Shown one piece after another: positions 27,045 through 40,656 of a stretch of 64,000 nucleotides of DNA; within the stretch, counting starts at the first letter, position 1; every line of letters starts with the position of its first letter. The position numbers were made by a program, and so were the translations under genes. A model generated the notes under the pieces. That model did not search any database. It was not told the DNA's origin and worked only from the letters and a program-made list of their open reading frames with translations. Origin of the DNA: Octopus vulgaris (taxonomy: Eukaryota); contig OX597832.1 of NCBI GenBank assembly GCA_951406725.2, positions 23,064,001-23,128,000 of the forward strand, in the 5' to 3' direction.

Positions 27045-28822
27045 TATTCATATTTATACTTATATATGTGTGTGTGTTTATGTGTGTTTGCATGTATGTG
27101 TTTTAATCTCTATATACGTGTATATCTGATCTTTTTGTATACGTGTCCGGGCGCCTTATATACATGATGCATGTTAATGTCAAGAACTTTGATAATAAGT
27201 CATCCCGCAGTAAACAGCAAAACAAACGTCCGAGTTTACTCAGGTCAAACCCGTTCTGTTGTCTCCCAAAATATATATTAATCACCTTTGCCAACATTTG
27301 CTTTACGCAGATAAATGTTTGCAGCCAAACATTTTTATATCCTTCTCTATATCCGTATAACAAGTCAACATAACGTGATATTTTTATCCGAGTGAGGTAA
27401 AGAGACTCTAAGCATAGGTCTATAAAATTCTATCGTCACTTACCAGGCAGAAATTTACAAGCTGTAGCCAATATGGCGAATACTTGAATTTATTGTCGTC
27501 TGTTACGAAAAGTCGTTTCTGTAGCATTTGTTTCATTTCTATTCTTTGTTTTTAATGTTGTTCACAAATTTTGCTTAATATAGATAAAACTCAATAAATT
27601 ATTTCTCCATTCAAATTTACCTTTATCACCTTTTCTAATGGCAATTCTATGTCTTTCTTTCTCCCGTTGAATAAGCACTCGACCGCTATTTTTACCTTTT
27701 GACATGAACTTCTCCAATTTCTATGAGCCTCACCCGATAGGCTCCGTTAGCAATTAACAGCATGAAGACGAGAGCAATGGCGAATCGTCTCTTCCATATA
27801 TGTTTACATATATTCATACATACATACGTACATACATACATACATACATACATACATACATACAATTATTCTTATGATAACATTAATCTTCAAGTGTGAA
27901 AATTCTAATATAAAATCACCGATTCATGATCCCGAACTGATATATTGAGATTTGTTTTCTCACAGAGCGTATTCGAAAGTCCATCCTCTCCTTTTGCTAG
28001 AGTTAAATATTCCTAGATTTGCCTGAAAAATTCTGTGAAAAAAAATCTTACAATTTCAAATCTAAATGTCATTTCAGCCACAGTAAAACACCCGGCAAAG
28101 ATCTACGCATGAAGCTACTTTATTTTTCACCAATGTAGGGTTAACATGGTTTTATTATAGTCGAAGTGTAGTGAAAAACTGGACAGGATCGCTTAGGCTA
28201 AAGAAGATAGAGTGGTGCTATGAACAAAATCGATAGCAACAGCGATGGTATTATTGATACAGAAGTGTGCTGCAAAATTTGACATAATCGCTCGCATAGC
28301 TTAAGAGAGAAAGAGATGTATCAAAAACAAAAATGGTAGCAACAGCGATAATATCAAGGTAGTTTAAAACCGCCACAGGTTTTCACTTTCAATGTTCATT
28401 TGGGGATTACTGGGTGTATAAAATTACAAACGATGTAAAGTCACCTATTTTCTGTAAGAAAGCTCTTTGATACATTCAAACTTTCAGTAAGAGATCATAA
28501 CCAAAGTATGTACATATTATATTTTTAAAGTGAAAACTAAGTCTGGTGGCGTAAATTTTATTCCATTTTGTCTGCTACAAGACAAGAAATATATGCACCA
28601 AAGAAAATATGCACGCCTTCTAATACTAAGCACCGAAATATTGCATAAATGAGAAGTCATCGCCCGAATTTAGAGCAGAGTTCATATCCTTCCATATGTG
28701 TTATTTTGCTCTTCTACGCTACTGTAGTCTAGTTACGTACTCCACATGTAAATTATGTCAACATGTAGCACACATTTAACCGTATAAGTCATTTATTGTG
28801 ACGGGAAATGATATCTAATAAC

Positions 28823-29034
28823 ATTTCTACTATAGGCACAAGGCCTGCAATTTTGGAGTAGGGAACTAGTCGATTACATCGATCCCAATGTTTCACTGGT
28901 AATTAATTTATTGACCCCGAAAGGATGAAAGACAAAATCGACTTCGGCGGAATTTGAACTCAGAACGTAAAGACGAAATGCCACTAAGCATTTCGCCCGA
29001 CGTGCTAACGATTCTGCCATATAGCCGCCTTATT
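28823..29034 (-). mobile_element. SINE family B (Deu/Nin-domain-like) with 16-bp TSD
   Basis: GAGTTCAAATTCCGCCGAAGTCGATTTTGTCTTTCATCCTTTCGGGGTCAATAAA. TSD AATGATATCTAATAAC at 28807-28822 and 29035-29050. Confidence 0.88.
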
Positions 29035-29254
29035 AATGATATCTAATAACGCTTCTAAGTAAAAGATATCTGAAATAGATCACACGTTTCAACTATAAAG
29101 AACAATACAACTAGCGAGTACTCGCGAGCCACTATGATTTGGTGACATATACCACAGTTTTGATGGCTTCTTGTTTAAGTATCTTTGTAGTTACGGGCAA
29201 ACATGGCACTTTTTCGCCCGTCAGTTATTTAATTTTCAGCCCTACAAAGCGACT

Positions 29255-29460
29255 AGTTGGCTGAATCATTAGAGCGTCAGAGAAATTGCATAGCGACATA
29301 TATATCCCGGCTTTGCCTTTCGAAGTTCAAATGCCGCCAAGTTCAATGTTTTTTAATCATCTTCGGTCGATGAAATAAGTTTCAGTTTAGCACTGGTGGC
29401 GATGAAATTTACTAGTTCCTCCACGAAATTTCAGGCCATGCACCCATAGAAGAAAGAATA
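29255..29460 (+). mobile_element. Old SINE family B copy
   Basis: GCTGAATCATTAGAGCGTCAG...AGTTCAAATGCCGCC...GGTCGATGAAATAAG...AAATTTCAGGCCATGCACCCATAG. Confidence 0.65.
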
Positions 29461-29478
29461 CCTCTGCCACAGGTTATA

Positions 29479-29717
29479 CAAATTTTTTTACTGCCCACAA
29501 GGGGCTAAACACAGAGAGGACAAACAAGGACAGACAAAGATATTAAGTCGATTACATCGACCCCAGTGCGTAACTGGTACTTATTTAATCGACCCCGAAA
29601 GGATGAAAGGCAAAGTCGACCTCGGCGAAATTTGAACTCAGAATGTAACGGCAGGCGAAATACGGCTACGCATTTCGCCCGGCGTGCTAACGTTTCTGCC
29701 AGCTCACCGCCTTTATA
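29479..29717 (-). mobile_element. SINE family B, full length with 14-bp TSD
   Basis: GGCGGTGAGCTGGCAGAAACGTTAGCACG head and GTCGACTTTGCCTTTCATCCTTTCGGGGTCGAT core. TSD GCCACAGG(T/C)TATAC. Confidence 0.9.
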
Positions 29718-30209
29718 GCCACAGGCTATACCTGTAGCTTTCATTTCTGCAGGGGAGGGCCTACTATTCCTCTATCAAAATTCTACTCTACCTTACTCAT
29801 CTTATGTAAATATAATTCTCAAACAAAATCTAGAACGAGGTATAGCTGAGATTGCAGTGGTTAAAACTATAATGTCTGAAGAAGACTTTCAAGTAATTGA
29901 TTCCGGTGAAACCTGAAACGTTAGAAATAGTCTTTCAAGTAGCTGAGACCATATCAAAATTTTAATCATTACTCGTCACTATTTCTCTTCATTTACATCA
30001 TTAAATCGCTTTGGAAATCCATGTACATGAAATTTACAATTTTCTATCATTTTTACGAACATTAGGAAGCCCATCGTGGCTGTCTGCTATCTTTAAATCT
30101 CATATCGTATAATGTATTACATTTTTTCATCGAGATACAAGTAAAATTAATTAAGTATCCACTATATAAGCTTCTACATTTACTTTTATTAACTTCATCC
30201 GGACAGTGT

Positions 30210-30300
30210 TAAAGATACGTGTGTCTGTGGAGTTTTCAGCAGTTTGCACGTTAATTTCACGGTAAGGCTTCTCCGTTAATCGGATCGACTGGAACCGCCG
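30210..30300 (+). mobile_element. SINE family C 3' fragment
   Basis: GTGTCTGTGGAGTTTTCAGCAGTTTGCACGTTAATTTCACG matches 49840-49920. Confidence 0.65.
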
Positions 30301-30332
30301 TCCACCTCACCAGGGGGGGTGCCAGTATGCAT

Positions 30333-30565
30333 TACTCTTACTCTTTACTCTTTTACTTGATTCACTCATTTGACTGCGGCCATGCTGGAGTACCGCCTTT
30401 AGTCGAGCAACTCGACCCCGGGACTTATTCTTTGTAAGCCCAGCACTTATTCTATCGGTCTCTCTTGCCGAACCGCTAAGTGACGGGGACGTAAACACAC
30501 CAGTATCGGTTGTCAAGCAATGCTAGAGGGACAAACATAGACACACAAAAACATCCACACACATC

Positions 30566-30599
<34 letters not shown>

Positions 30600-30764
30600 C
30601 GACGGGCTTCTTTCAGTTTCCGTCTACCAAATCAACTCACAAGGCTTTGGTCGGCCCGAGGTTAGAGTAGAAGACACTTGCCCAAGATGCCACGCATCTT
30701 GGAACTGAACCCGAAACCATGTGGTTGGTTAGCAAGCTACCTACCACACAGCCACCCCTGCGCC
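30333..30764 (-). mobile_element. SINE family A, full length
   Basis: Colinear with 463-879. Confidence 0.9.
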
Positions 30765-31019
30765 TATGTATAGATATATATTGATATAGATATAGATATA
30801 ATGTATAGATGGTGATAAATATCGAGACAGGTACCATTCGAGCAGACATTCGTAATCTAGGTTATGGCTAACCGCATCGACCTGTAATTAACACTTAGGA
30901 TCACTTAAGGTAAGCCTTTCCAATGGATTTCTTCTCATGGATAAATATAGGGATTTCAGATATATCTCTCTCATTCATTGTATTCGAAGTCCATTGTCCC
31001 CTGTGAAATATACGCATCA

Positions 31020-31503
31020 TCATTGTTCGACCGTGGTCGAGACAATGGAATTTACCATGCTACGCCAGACTTCACGGTCCATCATAGCATTACGGAGGTC
31101 CTGTTGCTGGATGCCTGCATCCCTGGAGATTACATCAGGGTAGGAAAGTGTGCGCCCTCTGGAATTGCGAGTAGATGGCTTCTAGAGGAGAAGAAAAGAA
31201 ATTGCCTCGTTTTCAGCTCTACAACAATGTCCAGCAAACTGGACTCTCCTATCTTTCACAAGAGATGACACAGGTGGTAGTTTCCCATATATTTGCATTT
31301 TGGCTGGATGACGCTTCCACGAAAGATTTTGAGCTCTCATAAGGAGGCGAGTGTAGGTTCCATCCAACCGCCTCTCAAGCTTCTTTGATAACGTCCAGGT
31401 TTCTGAGCCATATAGTAGAATTGGTTCGACTGTGGCTTTGAAGATTTCAAGTTTGAAGTATCTACTTAAATTTGATGACCAGATCTTATGCATGTCATTA
31501 CGC
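31020..31503 (-). pseudogene. RTE-clade LINE 3' fragment (post-RT C-terminus)
   Basis: KIWSSNLSRYFKLEIFKATVEPILLYGSETWTL...RLDGTYTRLLMRAQNLSW...RRVQFAGHCCR...MMDREVWRSMV, one internal stop, short (GAT) tail. Confidence 0.88.
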
Positions 31504-31535
31504 AAGCTGAATATACATGCACACATTTCGCTATA

Positions 31536-31922
31536 ATATAGGAGCACTCCGTCGGTTGCGACGATGAGGGTCCCAGCTGATACGATCAACGGAACAGCTT
31601 GCTCGTGATATTAACGTGCAAGTGGCTGAGCACTCCACAGACAAGTGTACCCTTAACGTAGTTCTCGAGGAGATTCAGCGTGACACAGAGTGTGACAAGG
31701 CTGGCCCTTTGAAATACAGGTACAAGAGAAACAGGAAGAAAGAGCGAGAGAAAGTTGTGGTGAAAGAGTACAGCAGGGTTCACCACCACCCACTGCCGGA
31801 GCCTCGTGGAGCTTTAGGTGTTTTCGCTCAATAAACACTGACAATGCTCGGTCTGGGAATCGAAACTGCGATCCTACGACCGCGAGTCCGCTGCCCTAAC
31901 CACTGGGCCATTGCACCTCCAC
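31536..31922 (-). mobile_element. tRNA-headed SINE family C, full length with 15-bp TSD
   Basis: Head TGGAGGTGCAATGGCCCAGTGGTTAGGGCAGCGGACTCGCGG...TTTCGATTCCC. TSD ACAC(A/G)TTTCGCTATA at 31521-31535 and 31923-31937. Confidence 0.9.
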
Positions 31923-32080
31923 ACACGTTTCGCTATAGAGCTCGTGAATGGATGGAAATTGAATAAAGTTGCATAGACTAATAACCAGTCCAAAGTAATT
32001 GGATGCAAATGCCATTGAGAGATATCTATATAGCAGAAACGTGCGTCGGACACATTTAAATCAAACGTGCTCAACATCTG

Positions 32081-32314
32081 ACTCTTTTCCTCTTTTCCTC
32101 TTTTACTTGTTTCAGTCATTTGACTGTGGCCATACGGGAGCACCGCCTTTAATCGAGCAAATCGACCCCAGGACTTATTCTTTGTAAGCCTAGTACTTAT
32201 TCTATTGGTCTCTTTTGCGGAACCGCTACGTTACGGGGACGTAAACACACCGCCATCGGTTGTCAAGTGATGTTGGGGGAACAAACACAAACACACAAAC
32301 ATATATACACACAT

Positions 32315-32412
<98 letters not shown>

Positions 32413-32574
32413 GACGGGTTTCTTTCAATTTCCGTCTACCAAATCCACTCACAAGGCTTTGGTCGGCCCGAGGCTATAGTACAAGACACTTACTAAAGGT
32501 GCCACGCAGTGGGAGTGAACCCGAAACTATGTGGTTCGTAAGTAAGCTACTTACCACACACCCACTCCTGCGCC
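32081..32574 (-). mobile_element. SINE family A, full length
   Basis: Colinear with other copies; expanded internal (AT)n. Confidence 0.9.
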
Positions 32575-32959
32575 TATGTTGTGTTATTAGTAAAACGTTT
32601 GTTGTTCTTTCATATAACAGGTGATTCAGACCCGCCATCTGCATAAAGCGCAATAGCTATGTTATTGCTAATATATCTAATATAGAGAACTTGAAAAACA
32701 AATCTTGATAATAAATGATATTAGTCATTAACAAATATTGTTGTTGCTATTGTTCTTGTCGATGTTATTATTTCTCATTGCATAATTATTCATCATTAGC
32801 TTTGTGTTGCTAATGAATATGCTAACACTAAGATACCAAAGAGAGCTGGTGATGGCAATAAAATGGAATTTTTGATGCAATGTGCATTACTGCCTTTGCT
32901 GCAGTCGACGACAATGCGTATGGTATAAAGATGATAAATGATCGTTGGTGGTCGCATGA

Positions 32960-33150
32960 TATGCTAGAAATAGTGCCAAGTTGTTCTTTAAAGTGTACTG
33001 TTAATATCGTAGAAAAATGAAGGACACATAGAATGATGTAGTCGTTTCTGGTTTATGTGTATGACAAGGAGGCTAGAGCACGAAATCTTTTGAGTATGTC
33101 CTAAAATCGAGGGTGGGGGTAAGATTCACAACAAGAACAACAACAGCAAC
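32960..33150 (+). mobile_element. Diverged repeat family E
   Basis: ATGCTAGAAATAG...AAGGACACATAGAATGATGTAGTC...(AAC)n tail. Confidence 0.5.
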
Positions 33151-33151
33151 A

Positions 33152-33338
33152 GTGGAGACGCAATGGCCCAGTGGTTAGGGCAGCGAACTCGCGGTCGTAA
33201 GAACGCGGTTTCGATTCCCAAACCGGGTATTCTGAGTGTTTATTGAGCAAAAACACCTAAGCTCCACGATGCTCCGGCGGGGAGGTGTGGTGAACCCCGC
33301 TGTACTCTTTCCCAACAACTTTCTCTCACTCTTTCTTC
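33152..33338 (+). mobile_element. SINE family C 5' half
   Basis: GTGGAGACGCAATGGCCCAGTGGTTAGGGCAGCG...GCTCCGGCGGGG...TGTACTCTTT. Confidence 0.85.
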
Positions 33339-33339
33339 C

Positions 33340-33827
33340 CACTTCTGCCAGAAAGCAGAGAAACCGTGGTGTAACTCACTATGGTGTGGTAAACTTTCAG
33401 ACCCTAGACTAGATTGCGATTCCTCTGCGCCCCAGGAAGGTTCAGCTCTCCACCCGTTTAAAACCGCCGTTTACGGAATGAGGATAACAACATAGCTTTC
33501 GCGCCCGTGCAACTGCCAGTCTATCGCGTGTGGTGAGTGGATCTTCAAGTTGCCACACACATTCTTAGTAGCTGAGAGTAGGCTCGAATTAGAGATTATT
33601 CTTTGTGGCTCGTGGCGTGAGTCCTGATTGGAAGAAGAAGAAGAAGAAGAAGAAGAAGAAGAAGAAGAAGAAGAAGAGGAAGAGGAAGAAGAAGAAGAAG
33701 AAGAAGAAGAAGAAGAAGAAGAAGAAGAAGAAGAAGAAGAAGAAGAAGAAGAAGAAGAAGAAGAAGAAGAAGAAGAAGAAGAAGAAGAAGAAGAAGAAGA
33801 AGAAGAAGAAGAAGAAGAAGAAGAAGA
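33340..33827 (+). mobile_element. Probable LINE 3' end with long (GAA)n tail
   Basis: Weak CR1/L2-like C-terminus (..SALHPFKTAVY..) followed by a short UTR and about 65 GAA units (33631-33827). Confidence 0.35.
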
Positions 33828-34394
33828 CAGCAACAAAGAACAAACGAACAGAAACTGTCAATTATGTACATGAATCGTTTTAACCTTTACACGTCCGAAG
33901 AATTTTCATAAATTTGACCAAAATATTTATGTTCATTTTTAGATTTTTCCTTTCTAAGTTCAGACTAGTAGAAAGTTCTACATTCATTAGCACTTAGTTA
34001 TTTTAGTGGTTGAAAAAACTGAGAATGTATATCATATAGGAAGCATGGATGCCTGATAAAAATATCCAGTGTATCATATGAGATAACCAGGACAGATAAA
34101 GTGTTTAGCAGTGTTTGTTCCAAGGAAAAAACACGGTGTACTGGTGTCTTCGTAAAATCTTTAGCAACCACCGTCATTTGGAATATATTTTTGCGAACCG
34201 GAGAATGCTGACATCCGAAGAAACAAGAACTGAATTGTATTTGATGACAACAGAAAATTAAAACACATTCGAAGAAATGATACAATCCATTATTATGCTT
34301 TCGTTTTCGTGCCAATACATAGCAAGTATACAGACATAAACTCATACATATATAAGTATCTTTCAGACACGCATATATACTTACGCATGTATGT

Positions 34395-34446
<52 letters not shown>

Positions 34447-34492
34447 CACCAGCATTGCCACAGTCTGCTGTGTGCAACAAGTAAAAGATAGA

Positions 34493-34527
<35 letters not shown>

Positions 34528-34564
34528 GTATATATGTATATATATATACGTATATATGTATATG

Positions 34565-34636
<72 letters not shown>

Positions 34637-34652
34637 ACATATATATATATAT

Positions 34653-35059
34653 ACTCTTTACTCTTTACTCTTTTACTTGTTTCAGTCATTTGACTGTGGC
34701 CATGCTGGAGCACCGCCTTTAGTCGAGCAAATCGACCCCGAGACTTATTCTTTGTAAGCCAAGTACTTATTCTATCGGTCTCTTTTTGCCGAACCGCTAA
34801 GTGACGGGGACGTAAACACACCAGCATCGGTTGTCAAACAATGCTAGGGGGACAAACACAGATGAACAAACACACACATACATATATACATATATACGAC
34901 AGGATTCTTTCAGTTTCCGTCTACCAAATCCACTCACAAGGCATTGGTCGGCCCGGGGCTATAGCAGAAGACACTTGCCCAAGATGCCACGCAGTGGGAC
35001 TGAACCCGGAACCATGTGGTTGGTTAGCAAGCGACTTACCACACAGCCACTCCTGCGCC
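34653..35059 (-). mobile_element. SINE family A, full length
   Basis: Colinear with other copies. Confidence 0.9.
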
Positions 35060-35469
35060 TATGACATAATAACAAAAAATTAAACCTGCAGTTAATGCGA
35101 ATACAGAGATTCAATAAAAACCATACAGGTTAAGATTAATAGTACTAGATGACGAAAAGAAAGTCCGCCTAAAGGTAGGAAATATGAAAAGAAGAATGTT
35201 AGTCAATATGATGGATTTTTTTTCTGCTTCCTTATTTATTTGTAGCGATTTGAAAGGAAGGCGAATATTTTATCCGTTTTATTTTTCGAGGCAATTCCAT
35301 AATATGATATCGAAAAATCGAAACAAACAATATTCTTATATAACATAATTTAAGTCTCCTTCTTACTGGCATATATACATATTGTGTGTCTGTGTGTCTC
35401 GTTCTTTCGGTCTTTTTCTCTCCCTTTTCCCTCTTTCTCTTTCCATTCATGCTTTCTACTCCAGTAGTA

Positions 35470-36130
<661 letters not shown>

Positions 36131-36334
36131 ACTTGAATATATACATACTGAAATGCAAAACAAACGTCGCACTTTAAATGGTTGTTTCCCACACAATATT
36201 GAGATTACAAGGATTTTTTCACATTTCTCGGTAATTTGACATTAGGAAGATGTCACTGACTCACAACACCACTCTCTTATGGAAACACAAGGATTACATT
36301 GAACTCGCTCACTACGCATTAACATGGTAACATT

Positions 36335-37066
36335 AACATCGACCCAGTTTTGAGGCCTCACATTGTGTCATACTTTGCCCGTAATCGGAATCACGTGTTC
36401 CACCACGACAACGCCCCCGCACATACCGCCAAGTTGACAACAGACTTCCTCCAATAGTACATCATGGCCTGCCCTAAGTGTTGAACCTCATAGAGCACCT
36501 CTGGAACAAAATTCAAAGAATGCGAAATGACATCCTGATTTTTTTCTTTTATTACCCACAAGGGGCCAACAAAGAAGGGACAATACAAATCGGGGAACTT
36601 AAAATATAACAAAAGTGGATGAAAAATAAGACGAAATAAAATTAAAAAATAATGAGTTATGAAAAAGATATTACAATGAGGTGCAACGTCCACTCGATCC
36701 CCGAAATCGAGTGGTTACATTTTTGTCAGTCTCTCCCATATTGATTTTTTCAAAAATTTTCCACAATTCACAAAGTTTATCGCACAAAAATTTTCATAGA
36801 GTTTCACAATACCTTTTGCTAACAGAATTTTCTTTTTCTTTCCCCTTCTTTTCCACAATTTTAAATCTATTCTATCTCGTGCACCAGTGTGTCGTATCTC
36901 TCGACACGGGATGGAGGCTCCTTCAATGACATCCGTCCAAGGCCGACATATGTGTCAATATTCACTGCAATGATATCCCATGTCCTTTACCAGGTGTTTA
37001 GTGGATTCAATGTACAGAAGGTGCCTGGTGGTAATTAACGCTAACGGTGGTCACACGAGTTATTAA
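36335..37066 (+). pseudogene. Tc1-like transposase DDE domain remnant, interrupted by an insertion
   Basis: VLRPHIVSYF...FHHDNAPAHTAKLTTDFL...WPALS..LNLIEHLWNKI. After the insertion: LVDSMYRRCLVVINANGGHTSY*. Confidence 0.85.
36536..36924 (-). mobile_element. 389-bp retroposed insertion with 10-bp TSD
   Basis: AATGACATCC at 36526-36535 and 36925-36934. The minus-strand 3' end is GCCCCTTGTGGGTAATAAAAGAAAAAAA. Confidence 0.65.
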
Positions 37067-37279
37067 ATTTATCTCTTTGGATCCAGAACCAGGTGATGAC
37101 AAACATGTTTCGGGAAATGACGTTTTATCATTAGGAAACAACGGTTTCTTAATTAGCGCTCTTTAATCAGTGATATGACACTCTGTTAATAAACCGGTTT
37201 CTATTTAGTGTGTATACGACGTTTCTTTTGTGGGTTAGTTTATTTATATACATGTGTGTGTATGTGTGTGTGTGTGTGA

Positions 37280-37310
<31 letters not shown>

Positions 37311-37904
37311 TGCATGTATAGATTTATGCACAGGAATGCCCGCATATGTCTGTTTTTCTATCTATCTACGAGTATGTGAGTGTGTGCGTGTGTGTATATG
37401 CGTCTGTACGCGTGTGGGCGCACTTATAATTAATTGTGTCTGCCGGGAGAAGCAATCATGAAGCCCACGGAACTTAATGTCATCAATCTTTCGATTCAGC
37501 AGTTACAGATAACTTACTGGTAAAACAAAAGGCGGTAGCAGTTTCCGGTGTTCCCACTGTTCTGGGGAAGAAATTTTCGGCTCAGGACTTGCTGCCGCTA
37601 AGTTTGGAAGTTGGATGAAATACATAACGCAACAAGAGGCTAAAAGACTCGTAGTTCTATAGTAACTGAGCTGTGGAGTACCCCTCTGGTCCGGGGTCAT
37701 AGCATATGTCAAACGCACCAATAATCACTGAAATAGCAGAATATAGCCTTGAGGGTAAAACGTACAAGACTCGATGTAGGGACGACTTCTGGACATGTGT
37801 CTTAGAGACCCATTAGTGACACATGAACCAGCATCGGTGTGTAAAGATGAAATAGGCCCGCTGCTTCGGTAATAAACTCGAATACGGCGATCCCTGATTC
37901 GAGG

Positions 37905-38082
37905 TAGAGGATAAGACGATTACATCAGCTCCAGTGCTTGACTGGTACTTATTTTATCAACCCCAAAACGATCAAAGGTAATGTCGACCACGGCAGAATT
38001 TGAACTCAGAATGTAGAAACCAACGAAAATGCCGCTAAGCATTTTGTTGCCATGCCAACGATTCTGTCAAATCACCACCGCC
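37905..38082 (-). mobile_element. SINE family B copy
   Basis: ACTGGTACTTATTTTATCAACCCC...GTCGACCACGGCAGAATTTGAACTCAGAA...GCCAACGATTCTG. Confidence 0.8.
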
Positions 38083-38750
38083 TCCGCTTTAAAAATAACA
38101 TTATCTGAAGTGCAATTGAAACAAGGTCGGAAATGGAACGTACAACATATGGTTATAGACAAAAACTACTTCAGCGAATTAATTTTTAATTTTCAGACGT
38201 TCCTGCAAATTACACCATTATTCTTAATTTTTCTTTCGTTTTGTAAAATCTGTGTAAATTAGTTATGAAGTGTCTTATCTCATCTAAGATTTAAGAAACA
38301 CTAGTACGTGTGTAATTCTTGCTTTTTCTAACGAGCATTATTGGCACAAACTAAGAGCAATTATTCTAACTATCATAATATTTTCTTTACGCTACAACGT
38401 ACTAATTGATGAAGACAACAACAGCAACAAGAATCATCATAAGAAATGAGTAGAAATCTTAAACATAATTCGCAGTAAAATACTTAACTAATAACATTCA
38501 AAAACATGCTGTAAGGTTGAAGATTTTGTTCAAACAATTACAACATTAAAAATGGAGTTTCTATTCTGAAGTGAATAAAATTGTAACAGACGATATACCA
38601 CTTGATTTGCCAAATTGCTATTTAATAGGTTAAACAGGTATGTATGCAGAGTAAGACATCTCTCGGGTGATTAAACACTGTGGATTAAATGATCCATGCT
38701 GATACTTCTGCAGTGAAGATGTGGATATGTAAATACAAAAAATGTAATAA

Positions 38751-38843
<93 letters not shown>

Positions 38844-38859
38844 CAATAATGATAATAAT

Positions 38860-38926
<67 letters not shown>

Positions 38927-39454
38927 GGCTTCTGATCTTAACTGGTTGGAAGTGTTATCATGTACATTGTTTTGTTTTGGTATAAAAGATGGGCTACAGC
39001 AAATATTCTGCTCAATACCACAGATTTGCTTGTCAGTTGTTTGACCATAACCAGTTGAGCATGTCCCTTAGTGGCTGACGATATGTGCATCTCTGATCAC
39101 GAGCAGAAGTAGTGGGGGAGCATCATGTGTTGATACATGTGTTGAGAGGGATTCTTTGGGGTTTGAATAATTCACTTCTGGAAACATGGGTGGTTCTTTC
39201 AACATCCTTAAACAACCCTTAATCAGGGACCTTTTGAGCGGGATGGGCTACTCAACCTGAAGAAAATTCTAACTGGGTCCTACCTGGAAGGTCATGCGCT
39301 GTTTATCTTGATATGAGATCACCATGTCGCACACATATGGTTGTGATGCATGTGCCTGGTGTACCCCTATCAGACGGGTAGTCATGATGGGTATATTGGG
39401 CTTCGTATATTTTACCCCAGCGTCACCTTGATGGCATGCGCTGCTCTCTCACTC
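38927..39454. mobile_element. Non-coding insert within (AAT)n, probable LINE 3' UTR fragment
   Basis: GC-richer 528-bp segment with (AAT)n directly on both sides; no supportable ORF. Confidence 0.45.
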
Positions 39455-39508
<54 letters not shown>

Positions 39509-39544
39509 CGATTTTGTCAGCTCGCGCCTTCATAATAATAATGA

Positions 39545-39692
39545 TGGTTTCAAATTTTGGTACGAGGCCAGCAAGTTCGGACGAGGGACGAAGTCGATTG
39601 AATCGGCCTCAGTTTTTCAAAGGGTACTTATTTCATCTACCCTGAAATGAATAATGGTTAAGCTGACCTTCGTGGAATTTGAACTCAGAAGT
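39545..39692 (-). mobile_element. SINE family B 3' part
   Basis: GGTTTCAAATTTTGGTACGAGGCCAGCAA...GTCGATT...GGAATTTGAACTCAGAA. Confidence 0.7.
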
Positions 39693-39699
39693 TGAACAG

Positions 39700-39815
39700 T
39701 TCTATATTTAGGAGATGAGGAATTATGTACATTATTTACATTCGACGGATACTTGTCCTCATCTTGTTTGTTGTTAACACAACGTTTCGGCTGATATACC
39801 TTCCAGCCTTCTTCA
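39700..39815 (-). mobile_element. Single-arm copy of the 12053-12302 hammerhead element
   Basis: Minus strand TGAAGAAGGCTGGAAGGTATATCAGCCGAAACGTTGTGTTAACAACAAACAAGATGAGGAC. Confidence 0.8.
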
Positions 39816-39828
39816 CTACATATGTCCA

Positions 39829-39923
39829 CGGGCATATGGCGTAGTGGTTACGAGTGCGGGCTACTAACCCCAAGTTTCCAAGTGCGATTCCAAGCAGTGA
39901 CCTGAACAATAACAATAATAATG

Positions 39924-39984
<61 letters not shown>

Positions 39985-39990
39985 CAATAA
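39829..39990 (+). mobile_element. Short tRNA-derived SINE (family D) with (AAT)n tail
   Basis: TGGCGTAGTGGTTA A box and GTGCGATTCC B-box-like, then (AAT)n; no proper acceptor stem. Confidence 0.6.
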
Positions 39991-40557
39991 TATCTATCTG
40001 AGTTCCTTGTTGTGACTTGACAGACAGTCAAAATACCTGGCAGACACAATATCGCCAATCAACAACATCATGATATTGGATATTGTGCGACGTCTTAAAT
40101 AATAACGATAACACTAAATAAGTAATAAATAGATACATCATGCGATAAAAACTATATTCTGTAATAAGTATATTATTATTTGCCGGCGTAGAAACGCATA
40201 CATTATTATGAAGATATTAAATTTTGCCAACCAGCCGGAAGATTTGGCAAGTGTATTGCTTTGTAGTACATATGTGTGTGTGTGTGTGTGTGTATGTGCA
40301 TTTATGTATGTATGTATGTATGTATGTATGTATGTATGTGTTTGTATGCCTGTGTATATATATATATATATACATACATACACACATACATATACATATA
40401 GTTATATGTGTATGTGTGTGTGTGTGTGTGTGTGTGTATTTGAATGCGTATATATGTTTGTATATATATATAAAATGTATATATATATGTGTGTGTGTGT
40501 TTGAATGCGTATATATGTTTGTATATATACATATAAAATGGCCACACAGCTGCCAAT

Positions 40558-40656
<99 letters not shown>

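Noticed and set aside
28219-28280. EF-hand-like peptide KIDSNSDGIIDTEV
   Set aside because: It lacks Glu at loop position 12, a stop follows shortly, and the DNA motif is directly repeated about 105 bp later, so it is likely chance.
39829-39905. tRNA gene
   Set aside because: A and B boxes are present, but there is no proper cloverleaf or poly-T terminator, and the (AAT)n tail indicates a SINE. The same applies to the family A and C heads.
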